Shown: piece by piece, positions 18,922 through 27,590 of the stretch
How the letters are laid out: each line of letters opens with the position of its first letter
Position numbering within the stretch: the stretch's first letter is position 1
NCBI GenBank assembly: GCA_018898455.1
Contig: JAHIJO010000005.1
Span: 6,591 to 70,590, forward strand
Direction of reading: 5' to 3'
Length of the DNA stretch: 64,000 nucleotides
Origin: Verrucomicrobiota bacterium
GTDB lineage: Bacteria; Verrucomicrobiota; Kiritimatiellia; JAAZAB01
Program-made: the position numbers and the translations under genes
Notes under the pieces: generated by a model
What the model saw: the letters and a program-made list of their open reading frames with translations, nothing else
Told to the model about the DNA's origin: nothing
The model's database searches: none

Positions 18922-19481
18922 AAACATTTTACCACAGGTTACTGCAATTATGGCAGACAACACCGGAATGGAAACGTTCGGCGCTGGTCACGGCATTTCT
19001 TCTTCTGGCGTTGATACCGTGGACGGACTGCATGCCGGCGTTCTGGCGGACGGCATTCGTAATGCCGACCGCCTGGATCGCATCCTGGTTTATGTCGGCC
19101 AACTGTGTTCCCACACCACAAGGGTGCCTGCTTATCACGCCGATTGCGCCTGTTCATGTAACCCTCGCCTGCTGTGCGGCCAGATTTTTTGTCCTCCTGG
19201 CTTCCATGCTCGTCGGGCAGATTGTGGTTTCACGACGCCCTAAAATCCCCGGATTGGCGATTGCCTTGTTGATCGCCTACATGGTTGCGATTGCGGCCAA
19301 CTCGGCACGAGTTGTTTTCGCGTGGTTTGCCGGTCGGTGGGCCGAGCGCATCTTACCGTCCCATTTCGCCGCGGCAGTGCATATGGGCGCAGGCATAATG
19401 GTGTTTCTCGTGTTCCTGGTTGTACCGTGGGTCTTGTTCATGAACATAATTGATGACAAACGAAAGGAGAACTGGCGATGA
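18918..19481 (+). CDS. Minimal exosortase/archaeosortase-family protein candidate (~187 aa, 5-6 TM)
   Basis: TTG 18918 with GAGGAAAAAC RBS (alternative ATG 18864 overlaps the upstream gene). Motif LACCAAR (19164-19184) resembles the exosortase active-site EACSGLR (Cys...Arg). Later ANSARVV matches the conserved N-x-x-R motif. All sit in predicted TM context. Confidence 0.55.
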   Translation: MKTFYHRLLQLWQTTPEWKRSALVTAFLLLALIPWTDCMPAFWRTAFVMPTAWIASWFMSANCVPTPQGCLLITPIAPVHVTLACCAARFFVLLASMLVGQIVVSRRPKIPGLAIALLIAYMVAIAANSARVVFAWFAGRWAERILPSHFAAAVHMGAGIMVFLVFLVVPWVLFMNIIDDKRKENWR

Positions 19482-22411
19482 ACGCAACAGCAGATCGTTC
19501 ACAACTATTCGGTGACATATTGCGGAAACCAGCATTCATTCTGTGGACGATGATCCTGCCGCAGCTTCTTCTGCTGGCAATCAATATCAGCTCATGGAAC
19601 CTGGTTTCGGGCGAGATGTCCGCAATTCAGAAGGGTAATGCTTTCATGATTGGCGCTTTCGAAGTTGCCCTCCTGGGCGCTGGCGCCATTGCGTTTACTG
19701 GTTTGCAGATCCTGAAAAAAGGGGTGGGACGGATTCTTTCTGTGGGCATAATCCTTGCACATATCGGTTATCTCTGGACATTCACCTCTGCCATGCGTCA
19801 ACTGGTGCCCACCAGTGTTGCGGATTGGATTCTGCCGGGCGGTGAACTCCTTTATTATCAATATGCACTCATCATGCCGGCCCTGTTTTACGCAGGGTTC
19901 CGCCTGGTATCATTCGAGATACCGCTACGGCAAATCGCCGACTTTGGTGTCTCGCTGGGTGTGCTCCTCCTTCTGCCGATTGCCTGGTTTGTGGTCTTTT
20001 CACTTGCGCGCTTCTTGCCGTGGGGTTTCGAACCGCCAGTGATTATCGGGATTGTGTTCTTCGTGGCTTCGACAGTCATCGCCCTGCTGGCATTCCTGCG
20101 AGTGCTCCTGATTGTCTATGCCTGGGTGAACCGGGTAGTACACGGACGCCTTGTGCTCCTGGTGGTAACCGGCATTGCCGCGCCAATCGGCGGACTGTTG
20201 TTGAACATCGCGTATCCATTTCCTTATGATTTCCAGGACCCGTGGGTTTATATCCTGACAATACTTAACGGCCTGATCCTGTTGATTCCCACCCCGAAGA
20301 CCACGTCCCTGCGAGTAGGCATCTGGTACTTGCGCGCGCTGGTGTTTCCATTCTCGCTCTATTTCTTCGTGGTGTTCCTCCCGTTCCTGCCATTGTCACT
20401 CCTGGCCATGCTTGCCTGCGGCGCCGGTTGCCTGATCCTCGCCCCGACGCTCCTCTTCGTGATACACACGCGATGCTTACTAGATGAAGGCCGCGCCCTG
20501 ATCCCGCAGAAAGGCTGGACGGTTGTGTTGGCGTTGCTGGTCGCCGGCGTTTTGACCATTCCGGCCGGTTACACCGTCCGCGCACTCTATGACCGGCAGG
20601 CATTGATGTCGGCCGTGGATGCCGTGTACAGCCGCGATGCAGACGTCACCCGCGTCAGCTTCAATCCGCACTCCGCCTTGCGCGCCGTGGAACGTCTGCG
20701 TAACCAGAAGAACGGTATCCAGGTCCCGTTCATCTCGGACTACTACAATTGGCTGGTTTTCAATGGTTTGGTCCTGCCGGACTACAAGATGGATGCAATC
20801 GAACTGGTCCTCTCCGGAGCCAAACCTGCAAAACCCAAAATTAACAGTCATTTCAGCTTTGCCGAAATTTTTGCTACCCGAGGCAGGAGCCGTCCAGCAT
20901 GGCGCTCGACACCGGCGCCGCCACGGCGTGTTGAATTGACTACGGTGAATACAAACACTGAACGGGCCGGCGACGTGCTTAAGACCCGGGTCCAACTGCA
21001 AATGCGGAATGGAACCGACAATGCGGCCGAGTTCGTTACGGACATCACGGTGCCGCCCGGAGTTATGGTCACGGGCTATTGGTTGAACATGGAAACCAAC
21101 CGCGTGCCCGGCCGCATCTTCGAGAAAAAAACGGCGATGTGGGTCTATCACATGATCCGCGACACGACACGCCGGGATCCCGGTTTGCTGGTGTATCAGG
21201 ACGAACACCGTCTCAAGCTTAGCGTGTTTCCATTCCGGCAAAACGAGGAACGGATCACCGAAATCGAGTTCACATTCCCTGCAATCATGGATCCGGAGAT
21301 CGTGATCGGGACCCGGCCATTGCGCCTGAACAGCGATGCCCAACTGCGCGCCGAACCGATCCGATTCAAGCATGCCGGCAGTGACGCCCTGGCCGTTCCG
21401 CGCGCGGTGTTGAATACATTTCCCACGGTTCGCCGAAAACCCTACTTGCATTTCATCCTGGACTGTTCGGCAACCGCCGAAAAAGAAGCGCACCAGTTTG
21501 CCGAACGCATCCGGCGTGAAGCGGCCCGTTTCCCGGAAGCCGGTGGCTGTCTTATCTCCGCGGCTAACTATGAAGTTACCGACCTGACCGATCAGTTTAT
21601 CCCCTTGGCCGATGCGGCGGAACTCGTGACCGCATCGCGTGGAAAGATGCTCCCGTTCCGGGGCGCACTTTGTCCGGAATATGCGATCAAACGCGGACTG
21701 CCGGATTTCAGATTCGGATTGGCATTCGACAAAAGCGGCGAATTAATGGTCCCAATCTTTGTTGTGATCAAGGCCGACGCCACCACGCCGGTGATGCCGA
21801 CCGACCTTGCCGTTTTTGCCGATGCGGTTCCGGATGTGCCGGCATGGTACATCACGCGCTTGGACGGCCGCCTCGACGCCTGCGCATTTGATGGCAGAAC
21901 AAACACCATTGTCGAGCGACCGTCACTGCCTGAACCGGCAGTTGTGTTTCGGCACGGCGACGCCATCGTGACACATTGCGCCAAGACGGACGCGATTATT
22001 TCGTTCCGTCCAACTGCCGCGCCGATAATGTATTTCGATCCTGCTACTCGCCAGTTCATTGAGATCACGAATATTATCAAGTCGGCACACGACAGCGGAT
22101 ATGGCGCGGCCATATCACTCTGGTTGGACTGGCGCGATACGGTCATTCGGCCATCAACCCTAAATGCACGGCTTCCGGCAATTGTCAAGGCCAGCCGGGA
22201 GTCGAATGTCATCGTACCGTTGACTTCCTACATCGTGGTCGAGAATTCGGCGCAGTGGAAAATGCTTGTGATCAAGGAAAAACAGTCGTTGGCGGCGGAC
22301 CATGCGCTCGCGTTCGACGAATTCAAGGAGTCGCCGGAGCCCGCGTCGTGGCTCTTGCTGCCAATCGCCTGCGCCTTGCTGTGGTGGCGAAGGACAAGAC
22401 AATACGGATAA
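19478..22411 (+). CDS. 977-aa protein: N-terminal ~460-aa multipass membrane domain, large soluble middle region (VIT-like?), C-terminal PEP-CTERM-type sorting signal
   Basis: ATG overlaps the upstream stop (ATGA), AAAGGAGAA RBS. At least 10 hydrophobic helices in the first 460 aa. C-terminus ..SPEPASWLLLPIACALLWWRRTRQYG (22331-22408) is PEP motif, then TM helix, then Arg cluster. This is the PEP-CTERM signature recognised by exosortases. Confidence 0.7.
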   Translation: MNATADRSQLFGDILRKPAFILWTMILPQLLLLAINISSWNLVSGEMSAIQKGNAFMIGAFEVALLGAGAIAFTGLQILKKGVGRILSVGIILAHIGYLWTFTSAMRQLVPTSVADWILPGGELLYYQYALIMPALFYAGFRLVSFEIPLRQIADFGVSLGVLLLLPIAWFVVFSLARFLPWGFEPPVIIGIVFFVASTVIALLAFLRVLLIVYAWVNRVVHGRLVLLVVTGIAAPIGGLLLNIAYPFPYDFQDPWVYILTILNGLILLIPTPKTTSLRVGIWYLRALVFPFSLYFFVVFLPFLPLSLLAMLACGAGCLILAPTLLFVIHTRCLLDEGRALIPQKGWTVVLALLVAGVLTIPAGYTVRALYDRQALMSAVDAVYSRDADVTRVSFNPHSALRAVERLRNQKNGIQVPFISDYYNWLVFNGLVLPDYKMDAIELVLSGAKPAKPKINSHFSFAEIFATRGRSRPAWRSTPAPPRRVELTTVNTNTERAGDVLKTRVQLQMRNGTDNAAEFVTDITVPPGVMVTGYWLNMETNRVPGRIFEKKTAMWVYHMIRDTTRRDPGLLVYQDEHRLKLSVFPFRQNEERITEIEFTFPAIMDPEIVIGTRPLRLNSDAQLRAEPIRFKHAGSDALAVPRAVLNTFPTVRRKPYLHFILDCSATAEKEAHQFAERIRREAARFPEAGGCLISAANYEVTDLTDQFIPLADAAELVTASRGKMLPFRGALCPEYAIKRGLPDFRFGLAFDKSGELMVPIFVVIKADATTPVMPTDLAVFADAVPDVPAWYITRLDGRLDACAFDGRTNTIVERPSLPEPAVVFRHGDAIVTHCAKTDAIISFRPTAAPIMYFDPATRQFIEITNIIKSAHDSGYGAAISLWLDWRDTVIRPSTLNARLPAIVKASRESNVIVPLTSYIVVENSAQWKMLVIKEKQSLAADHALAFDEFKESPEPASWLLLPIACALLWWRRTRQYG

Positions 22412-22523
22412 TGGAGGTATTAAATTACTTCATCCAAACTGAAAATTAATATTCAACTAACTCTTGGGTCGAATTGTCCATTTCATGCAGCTGAACCAAG
22501 ACAAAATTAAGACAAGGGAAACT

Positions 22524-23315
22524 ATGCCAACTGAAACACTATTTAAGAACTGCATTGAAAAAGCAACACTCGGCGCCATTCTGATATTAATCCTGTTGTG
22601 TTGTTCGGCTTGTGAAAGGCTTTTCGATGCCTTTAATAGTCCGGCAGAACAGGCTTACTTGATGGGATTACGCGCCCAGAAAGGTGAAGCCAGGGACACT
22701 GACCCCCTGGAATGTTTCAATCGAGCAATTAGCTTGGATCCGCATCGATCCCGATATTACAGCGCACGTGCCGAATTGTATTTTTGGAAAAGGCAATTTG
22801 CAGAAGCGCTCCGGGATCTGAATGAAGCTGTCTCGCTCTCGCCTAATTGGTACTATCTTTATTTCGAGCGCGGCAACTGTAAATGTCAATTGAATGACTT
22901 CATATCAGCACTGGCAGATTTTGATACAGCGATCAAGGCACAGCCTGATAACGCTCAGTACTACAGTGGCGTCGCTCTGGCAAATCTTGGAATGAATAGT
23001 CCCGATAAAGCGCTGGAGGCAATCGAAAAAACAATAGCTTTAGACCCTATGTGCCTGCGCTGGCACTTCTATAGAGGTGTCATTTTAAGCCGCATGGGTA
23101 GACACAAAGACGCAGTATCGGAATTCGCTAAAACGGAAGCCTTCACGATTATGCTGAAAGACAACAAGCAAAAGCAGGTTTTTTTCGACGGAGAAATTGA
23201 ATATACCAAGGCGCGCGCTCTGTCACCGCAACAACTGCTGAGTACCTGGCCTTATGCTCCTTCCGAAGAGCGCGCTGAGCAGTACTTTCTCAAGCGAGGC
23301 TCAAACGAGGAATAA
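22524..23315 (+). CDS. Tetratricopeptide-repeat protein, probable lipoprotein
   Basis: ATG 22524 with AAGGGAA RBS. N-terminal hydrophobic segment ending ..LLCCSAC. At least 4 TPR-like units (A..LDP...Y..RA.....A..D..A). Confidence 0.7.
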   Translation: MPTETLFKNCIEKATLGAILILILLCCSACERLFDAFNSPAEQAYLMGLRAQKGEARDTDPLECFNRAISLDPHRSRYYSARAELYFWKRQFAEALRDLNEAVSLSPNWYYLYFERGNCKCQLNDFISALADFDTAIKAQPDNAQYYSGVALANLGMNSPDKALEAIEKTIALDPMCLRWHFYRGVILSRMGRHKDAVSEFAKTEAFTIMLKDNKQKQVFFDGEIEYTKARALSPQQLLSTWPYAPSEERAEQYFLKRGSNEE

Positions 23316-23449
23316 GCAAGGGGTTACTTAATAGGGGCCTTGTTTGCCTAATCCATAGCCAAAAACAAACCTATTGATTTTCGCGTCTGCCGGAGGAGAA
23401 ACACAATTGGATTGCGGGCATAGTTCGCGTTGGCTCCGAAGAAATCATT

Positions 23450-25060
23450 ATGAATGCACCATCACATCATCCGTATTCACGGGCGGGAATCTGTGTTTGG
23501 ATCAATGGGCTGATCGTTCTATTCCTCGCCGTCTATTTCCTGATCCTGCCGGGGTTCATTTTGGTACACGACCTGATGGACCCCAACCTCCGCCAGCCGG
23601 GTGGTATCCCCCGGATGGCCTGGCGGGTGCATGCCAGCTTGACCCCGCACTACGAACACTGGGCGCGGGCCCGCGTCGCCTCCGGCAGAGCCGGACATCT
23701 CCAGCTAAATGACGTGCCCAGCACGGAATGGCCGATGTTCGGATCGGTTTTCTATCTTGCCGCCACAGAAAATCTTCAACGCGCGTGGGACAAAGGTGAG
23801 CATGGTTCCCGTATTGCTCCGAAAGTGTATGCCCGGGCCGCAATTGAAGCGGCGGCGGAACTCATCCTGGACCCCATCCACCACACGTGGGTTCGCACGC
23901 ATTGGGGACCGAACTACCTGCACCATGAAAATGTGTTCTTCCGGGCCATGATTATCCAAGGCCTCACCTGCCGCCAAAACCTGATCGGTGACGGCAAATA
24001 CCTGGACATCCTACGCGACCAGGTGGAAACACTTGCGGACGATCTCGACCGTTCGCCATACGGACTGCTCCACGATTATCCCGGAGAATGCTACCCAGTC
24101 GATGTATTGGCGGCGATCACCATGATTCGCCGGGCGGATCCTGTGCTGGGCACGGATCATTCGGCATTTGCCGGCCGGGCCAGGCGCGGATTCCAGGGAG
24201 CACGGCTTGATGCGCGCGGATTGCCACCCTACGTGGCCGAGCCTACTACCGGCGGACATGACGGTATCTCACGGGGTATCGGCAATTCATACATTTGTAT
24301 CTACGCCCCGGAACTTTATCCGGATTTGGCCCGAGTCTGGTATGACGCTTATCAACGCTACTTCTGGCAGGAGCGAATAGGCGCGGCCGGGTTTCGCGAA
24401 TATCCCAACGATCTTCCCGGCTACGAATTATTTTTCGATGTGGATTCCGGCCCTGTCATTTTCGGATTCAGCCCGGCGGGGAACGCTTATGGCTTGGCGG
24501 CGGCGCGGGTCAACGGCCGTTTCGATCAGGCGTGGCCGCTGGCCTCACAGGTACTGGCGGCTTGCTGGCATCTGCCCAACGGCAGTCTGCTGGGACCGCG
24601 GATGTTGTCCAATGCCGCGCACGCCCCCTACCTGGGTGAAGCCAATATGCTTTTCCTGCTGACACAGAACCCGATCCCAGCCCAACCGATCCGCCTTGGC
24701 GGGCACATGCCGCCGCTGGTGTATGTTGGATTCATGTTTTATTTCGGATTGGGGACACTAGTGATTGGCTTGACAACCCGTAAACTTTTCGCCTGGAAAA
24801 ACACAGGTGAAATCGTTCACGTGCCTTTTGCTCGGATTCAACTCAGTCTATGGCTGCTCTTAATGCTTGCCGGGATCATCCTGATGATATGCATCAGCCC
24901 CGGCATCGGCATGTTACCCATTATTACCGCCCAGCTTCTGCCGCGCTTCGGTAAGGTCAAAAGGAATAGCTCACGAAATGGTCGGATGGCTTCCGTTGTA
25001 GCGGCCGTTCGACAGAACGGCAATCCACGGTTCTTCCCGCTAGGAGCGGGACAAACTTAA
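23450..25060 (+). CDS. Hypothetical membrane protein (N-terminal TM, large extracytoplasmic domain, C-terminal TM bundle)
   Basis: Single long ORF with hydrophobic segments at both ends. No family recognised. Confidence 0.55.
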   Translation: MNAPSHHPYSRAGICVWINGLIVLFLAVYFLILPGFILVHDLMDPNLRQPGGIPRMAWRVHASLTPHYEHWARARVASGRAGHLQLNDVPSTEWPMFGSVFYLAATENLQRAWDKGEHGSRIAPKVYARAAIEAAAELILDPIHHTWVRTHWGPNYLHHENVFFRAMIIQGLTCRQNLIGDGKYLDILRDQVETLADDLDRSPYGLLHDYPGECYPVDVLAAITMIRRADPVLGTDHSAFAGRARRGFQGARLDARGLPPYVAEPTTGGHDGISRGIGNSYICIYAPELYPDLARVWYDAYQRYFWQERIGAAGFREYPNDLPGYELFFDVDSGPVIFGFSPAGNAYGLAAARVNGRFDQAWPLASQVLAACWHLPNGSLLGPRMLSNAAHAPYLGEANMLFLLTQNPIPAQPIRLGGHMPPLVYVGFMFYFGLGTLVIGLTTRKLFAWKNTGEIVHVPFARIQLSLWLLLMLAGIILMICISPGIGMLPIITAQLLPRFGKVKRNSSRNGRMASVVAAVRQNGNPRFFPLGAGQT

Positions 25061-25306
25061 GCCCCTAGATTGCAAGTTACTCCACCTTCTATGGGTGACA
25101 CCACGCCGCCTGATTTTGCTCATTCTGACCAATGCATGACAAAAACCAACTCCACGGCGACAGATCGCCGTGGCCACAGGGGCCGGATATCGCATTCTGC
25201 TGTAGCCACACTGCTTGCTACTCTGCTAAGTAGCATCGCTACGTAGCACGAGCTGCCGGGGCATCCGCCCGCAACAACCTTGGTCATATTGATAATTGCT
25301 GAATAC

Positions 25307-25366
25307 TTGACAAGAGGAGCATCATTCGGATAGAGTTCAGCCTTCGATTTATTGCCATTATGGCAA
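25307..25366 (+). promoter_or_regulatory. Promoter TTGACA-18-TAGAGT followed by perfect palindrome TTGCCAT-T-ATGGCAA, upstream of rpsU
   Basis: -35 at 25307-12, -10 at 25331-36. 15-nt palindrome at 25352-25366. Further upstream (25203-25247) five GTAGC/GCTAC dyad elements cluster within 45 nt. Confidence 0.35.
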
Positions 25367-25423
25367 TGACCGGGCGGCCATTATCAAAGGTTGTCTTAAT
25401 CAGGAAGGGAGTGTGAATCCAAC

Positions 25424-25594
25424 GTGGTTGAAATTAAGCTCAAACGAGGCGAAAGCGTTGACAAGGCCTTACGTCGACTGAAGAAGAAGCTGGACAAGGA
25501 AGGGACGATGAGGGAGATCCGAAATCACCGGTACTTCGAAAAACCCAGTGAAAAACGGCGCAAGAAAGCTTCCCGCATTCGCCCCACTTATTAG
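25424..25594 (+). CDS. rpsU: 30S ribosomal protein S21
   Basis: Not in the ORF track (56 aa). GTG 25424 preceded by GGAAGGGAG. Translation (M)[55 protein letters not shown] matches the S21 family pattern (..ALRRFK.....G......R.YEKPS..RR). Confidence 0.75.
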   Translation: MVEIKLKRGESVDKALRRLKKKLDKEGTMREIRNHRYFEKPSEKRRKKASRIRPTY

Positions 25595-25680
25595 CCCGCA
25601 TATTTCAGGCGACTTCAGGCCGCATTGATATGCGCCTCATTAAATGCTATGGGCGCTCAGTGATGTAAAGGTTTCATTTC

Positions 25681-26646
25681 ATGAAGGCATTGATCACCGG
25701 TATTACCGGACAGGACGGGTCTTATCTGGCGGATTTTCTACTGAGTCGCGGCTACCAGGTCTTCGGCATGGTGCGCCGCTCCAGCACGGAAACCTTCGAG
25801 CGCATCGCACATATCAAGGACCGGCTCAACCTGAAACAGGCCGACCTGCTGGACCAGCTCTCGCTTATTGAGTTGATGGAGGAAGTTCAGCCGGATGAAA
25901 TCTACAACCTGGCGGCCATGTCGTTTGTGCCGACCTCCTGGACCCAGCCGATGCTGACGGGGGAATTTACAGCCATCGGCGTCACCCGCATGCTGGAAGC
26001 CATGCGCCATGTCTGTCCGCAAGCCAAATTTTACCAGGCCTCCAGCAGTGAAATGTTCGGCCAAGTCCGCGAAGTGCCCCAGACCGAACTCACGCCGTTT
26101 CACCCGCGAAGCCCCTATGGCGCCGCCAAGGCTTACGGCCATTACATTACCGTCAACTACCGGGAAAGCTACAACCTGTTCGCATGCTCCGGCATTCTCT
26201 TCAACCATGAAAGCCCGCGGCGCGGCAAGGAATTCGTCACCCGTAAAATCAGCAACGGTGTCGCCCGGATCAAGCGGGGACTTGACCATGAACTCCGCAT
26301 GGGCAATCTTGACGCGAAACGGGATTGGGGATTCGCCGGCGATTATGTCAAGGCCATGTGGATGATGCTTCAGCAGGATCATCCGGATGATTATCTCATC
26401 GCCACCGGCCAAGCTCATTCAGTCCGCGATTTTCTTGAACAGGCATTTTCCCATGTGGGACTGGACTGGAAACAGTATGTCGTCCAGGACCCCCAGTTCA
26501 TTCGGCCGGCGGAAGTCGATCAATTGATGGGGAACAGTTCCAAAGCCCGGCGGGTGCTGGGCTGGACACCGGAAGTTGACTTCCACGGACTGGTCACTAT
26601 GATGGTGGATTCAGATCTGGCCAAACTTCAAACTGTTAAGCCCTGA
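25681..26646 (+). CDS. gmd: GDP-mannose 4,6-dehydratase
   Basis: [29 protein letters not shown].. and the downstream catalytic motifs are near-textbook Gmd. Confidence 0.9.
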   Translation: MKALITGITGQDGSYLADFLLSRGYQVFGMVRRSSTETFERIAHIKDRLNLKQADLLDQLSLIELMEEVQPDEIYNLAAMSFVPTSWTQPMLTGEFTAIGVTRMLEAMRHVCPQAKFYQASSSEMFGQVREVPQTELTPFHPRSPYGAAKAYGHYITVNYRESYNLFACSGILFNHESPRRGKEFVTRKISNGVARIKRGLDHELRMGNLDAKRDWGFAGDYVKAMWMMLQQDHPDDYLIATGQAHSVRDFLEQAFSHVGLDWKQYVVQDPQFIRPAEVDQLMGNSSKARRVLGWTPEVDFHGLVTMMVDSDLAKLQTVKP

Positions 26647-26648
26647 TC

Positions 26649-27590
26649 ATGCGCGTGCTTGTCACAGGAGCCAGTGGGTTTGTCGGTAAACACCTGATTC
26701 GCGAATTACTCCGGCACGATCACGAACCGCTGGCGTTCGACCTCGTCCCGGCCCGGTCCCTGCCCGTATCCGTTCCCGGTTTTACGGGGGATATTCTGAA
26801 CGCGGAACTCCTGCTGCGGCTGGTGGCCCGTATCCGGCCTGACGCCTGCGTGCATCTGGGCGGCATTTCATTCGTCCCCGAGGGTTGGCATAATCCGGAA
26901 CGCATGTTATCCGTCAATGTGCTGGGCGCCATTCACCTGCTGGAAGCGTTCCGGAAATCCTCGGCCGGCGCGCATATCCTGGTCATCAGTTCCGCCGAGG
27001 TGTATGGATGCCGGCCCCGCTCCCACCCGATTACCGAACAGGAACTGCTGGATCCCGATAATCCTTACGCCGTTTCCAAGGCGGCGGCCGACCAAATGTC
27101 CTTGTTGTATGCATCCTATCACGGCATGCATATCATGACAGCGCGCCCCTGCAACCATATCGGGCCGGGCCAGTCCCCGCAATTCGTGGTGCCCTCCTTC
27201 GCCGAACAACTCCTGGCAATCGCCCGGAAGAAGACGGCGCCTGTTTTAAAAGCCGGCAACCTGGAAAACCTGCGCGATTTCACGGACGTCCGCGATATCG
27301 TCCGGGCCTACCGCCTGCTCATCGAAAGCGGCAAAGCCGGACAGGCCTATAATATTGCGTCCGGACGCGCTGTGCCCATTCAAACCATTCTGGACCAGTT
27401 GGGCGGAATTATTGGCGTGACGCCATCAGTTGAAAGGGATCCCAACCGGTATCGCCCCCTGGAACACCGGCCGCAAATCGCCATCGGCAAAATTGCGGCG
27501 GATATTAATTGGAAACCCGATATCCCGCTGGAAGTCACCTTGCGGGATGTGGTTGCCGAACTCAACCGATCTCCCACCCCTCCGACATGA
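26649..27590 (+). CDS. NAD-dependent epimerase/dehydratase, GDP-4-keto-6-deoxy-D-mannose reductase (Rmd)-like
   Basis: MRVLVTGASGFVGKHL.. SDR Rossmann motif and YxxxK (YAVSKAAAD). Immediately follows gmd with a 2-nt gap. The Rmd versus GDP-fucose synthase assignment is inference from context and N-terminus. Confidence 0.65.
   Translation: MRVLVTGASGFVGKHLIRELLRHDHEPLAFDLVPARSLPVSVPGFTGDILNAELLLRLVARIRPDACVHLGGISFVPEGWHNPERMLSVNVLGAIHLLEAFRKSSAGAHILVISSAEVYGCRPRSHPITEQELLDPDNPYAVSKAAADQMSLLYASYHGMHIMTARPCNHIGPGQSPQFVVPSFAEQLLAIARKKTAPVLKAGNLENLRDFTDVRDIVRAYRLLIESGKAGQAYNIASGRAVPIQTILDQLGGIIGVTPSVERDPNRYRPLEHRPQIAIGKIAADINWKPDIPLEVTLRDVVAELNRSPTPPT

Noticed and set aside
20480-21493. 337-aa minus-strand ORF and several shorter ones (20265..20603, 21592..22212)
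   Set aside because: All antisense to the 977-aa PEP-CTERM protein gene, whose frame is continuous and supported by RBS and coupling.
25738-26418. 226-aa minus-strand ORF
   Set aside because: Antisense to gmd, which is an unambiguous homolog.
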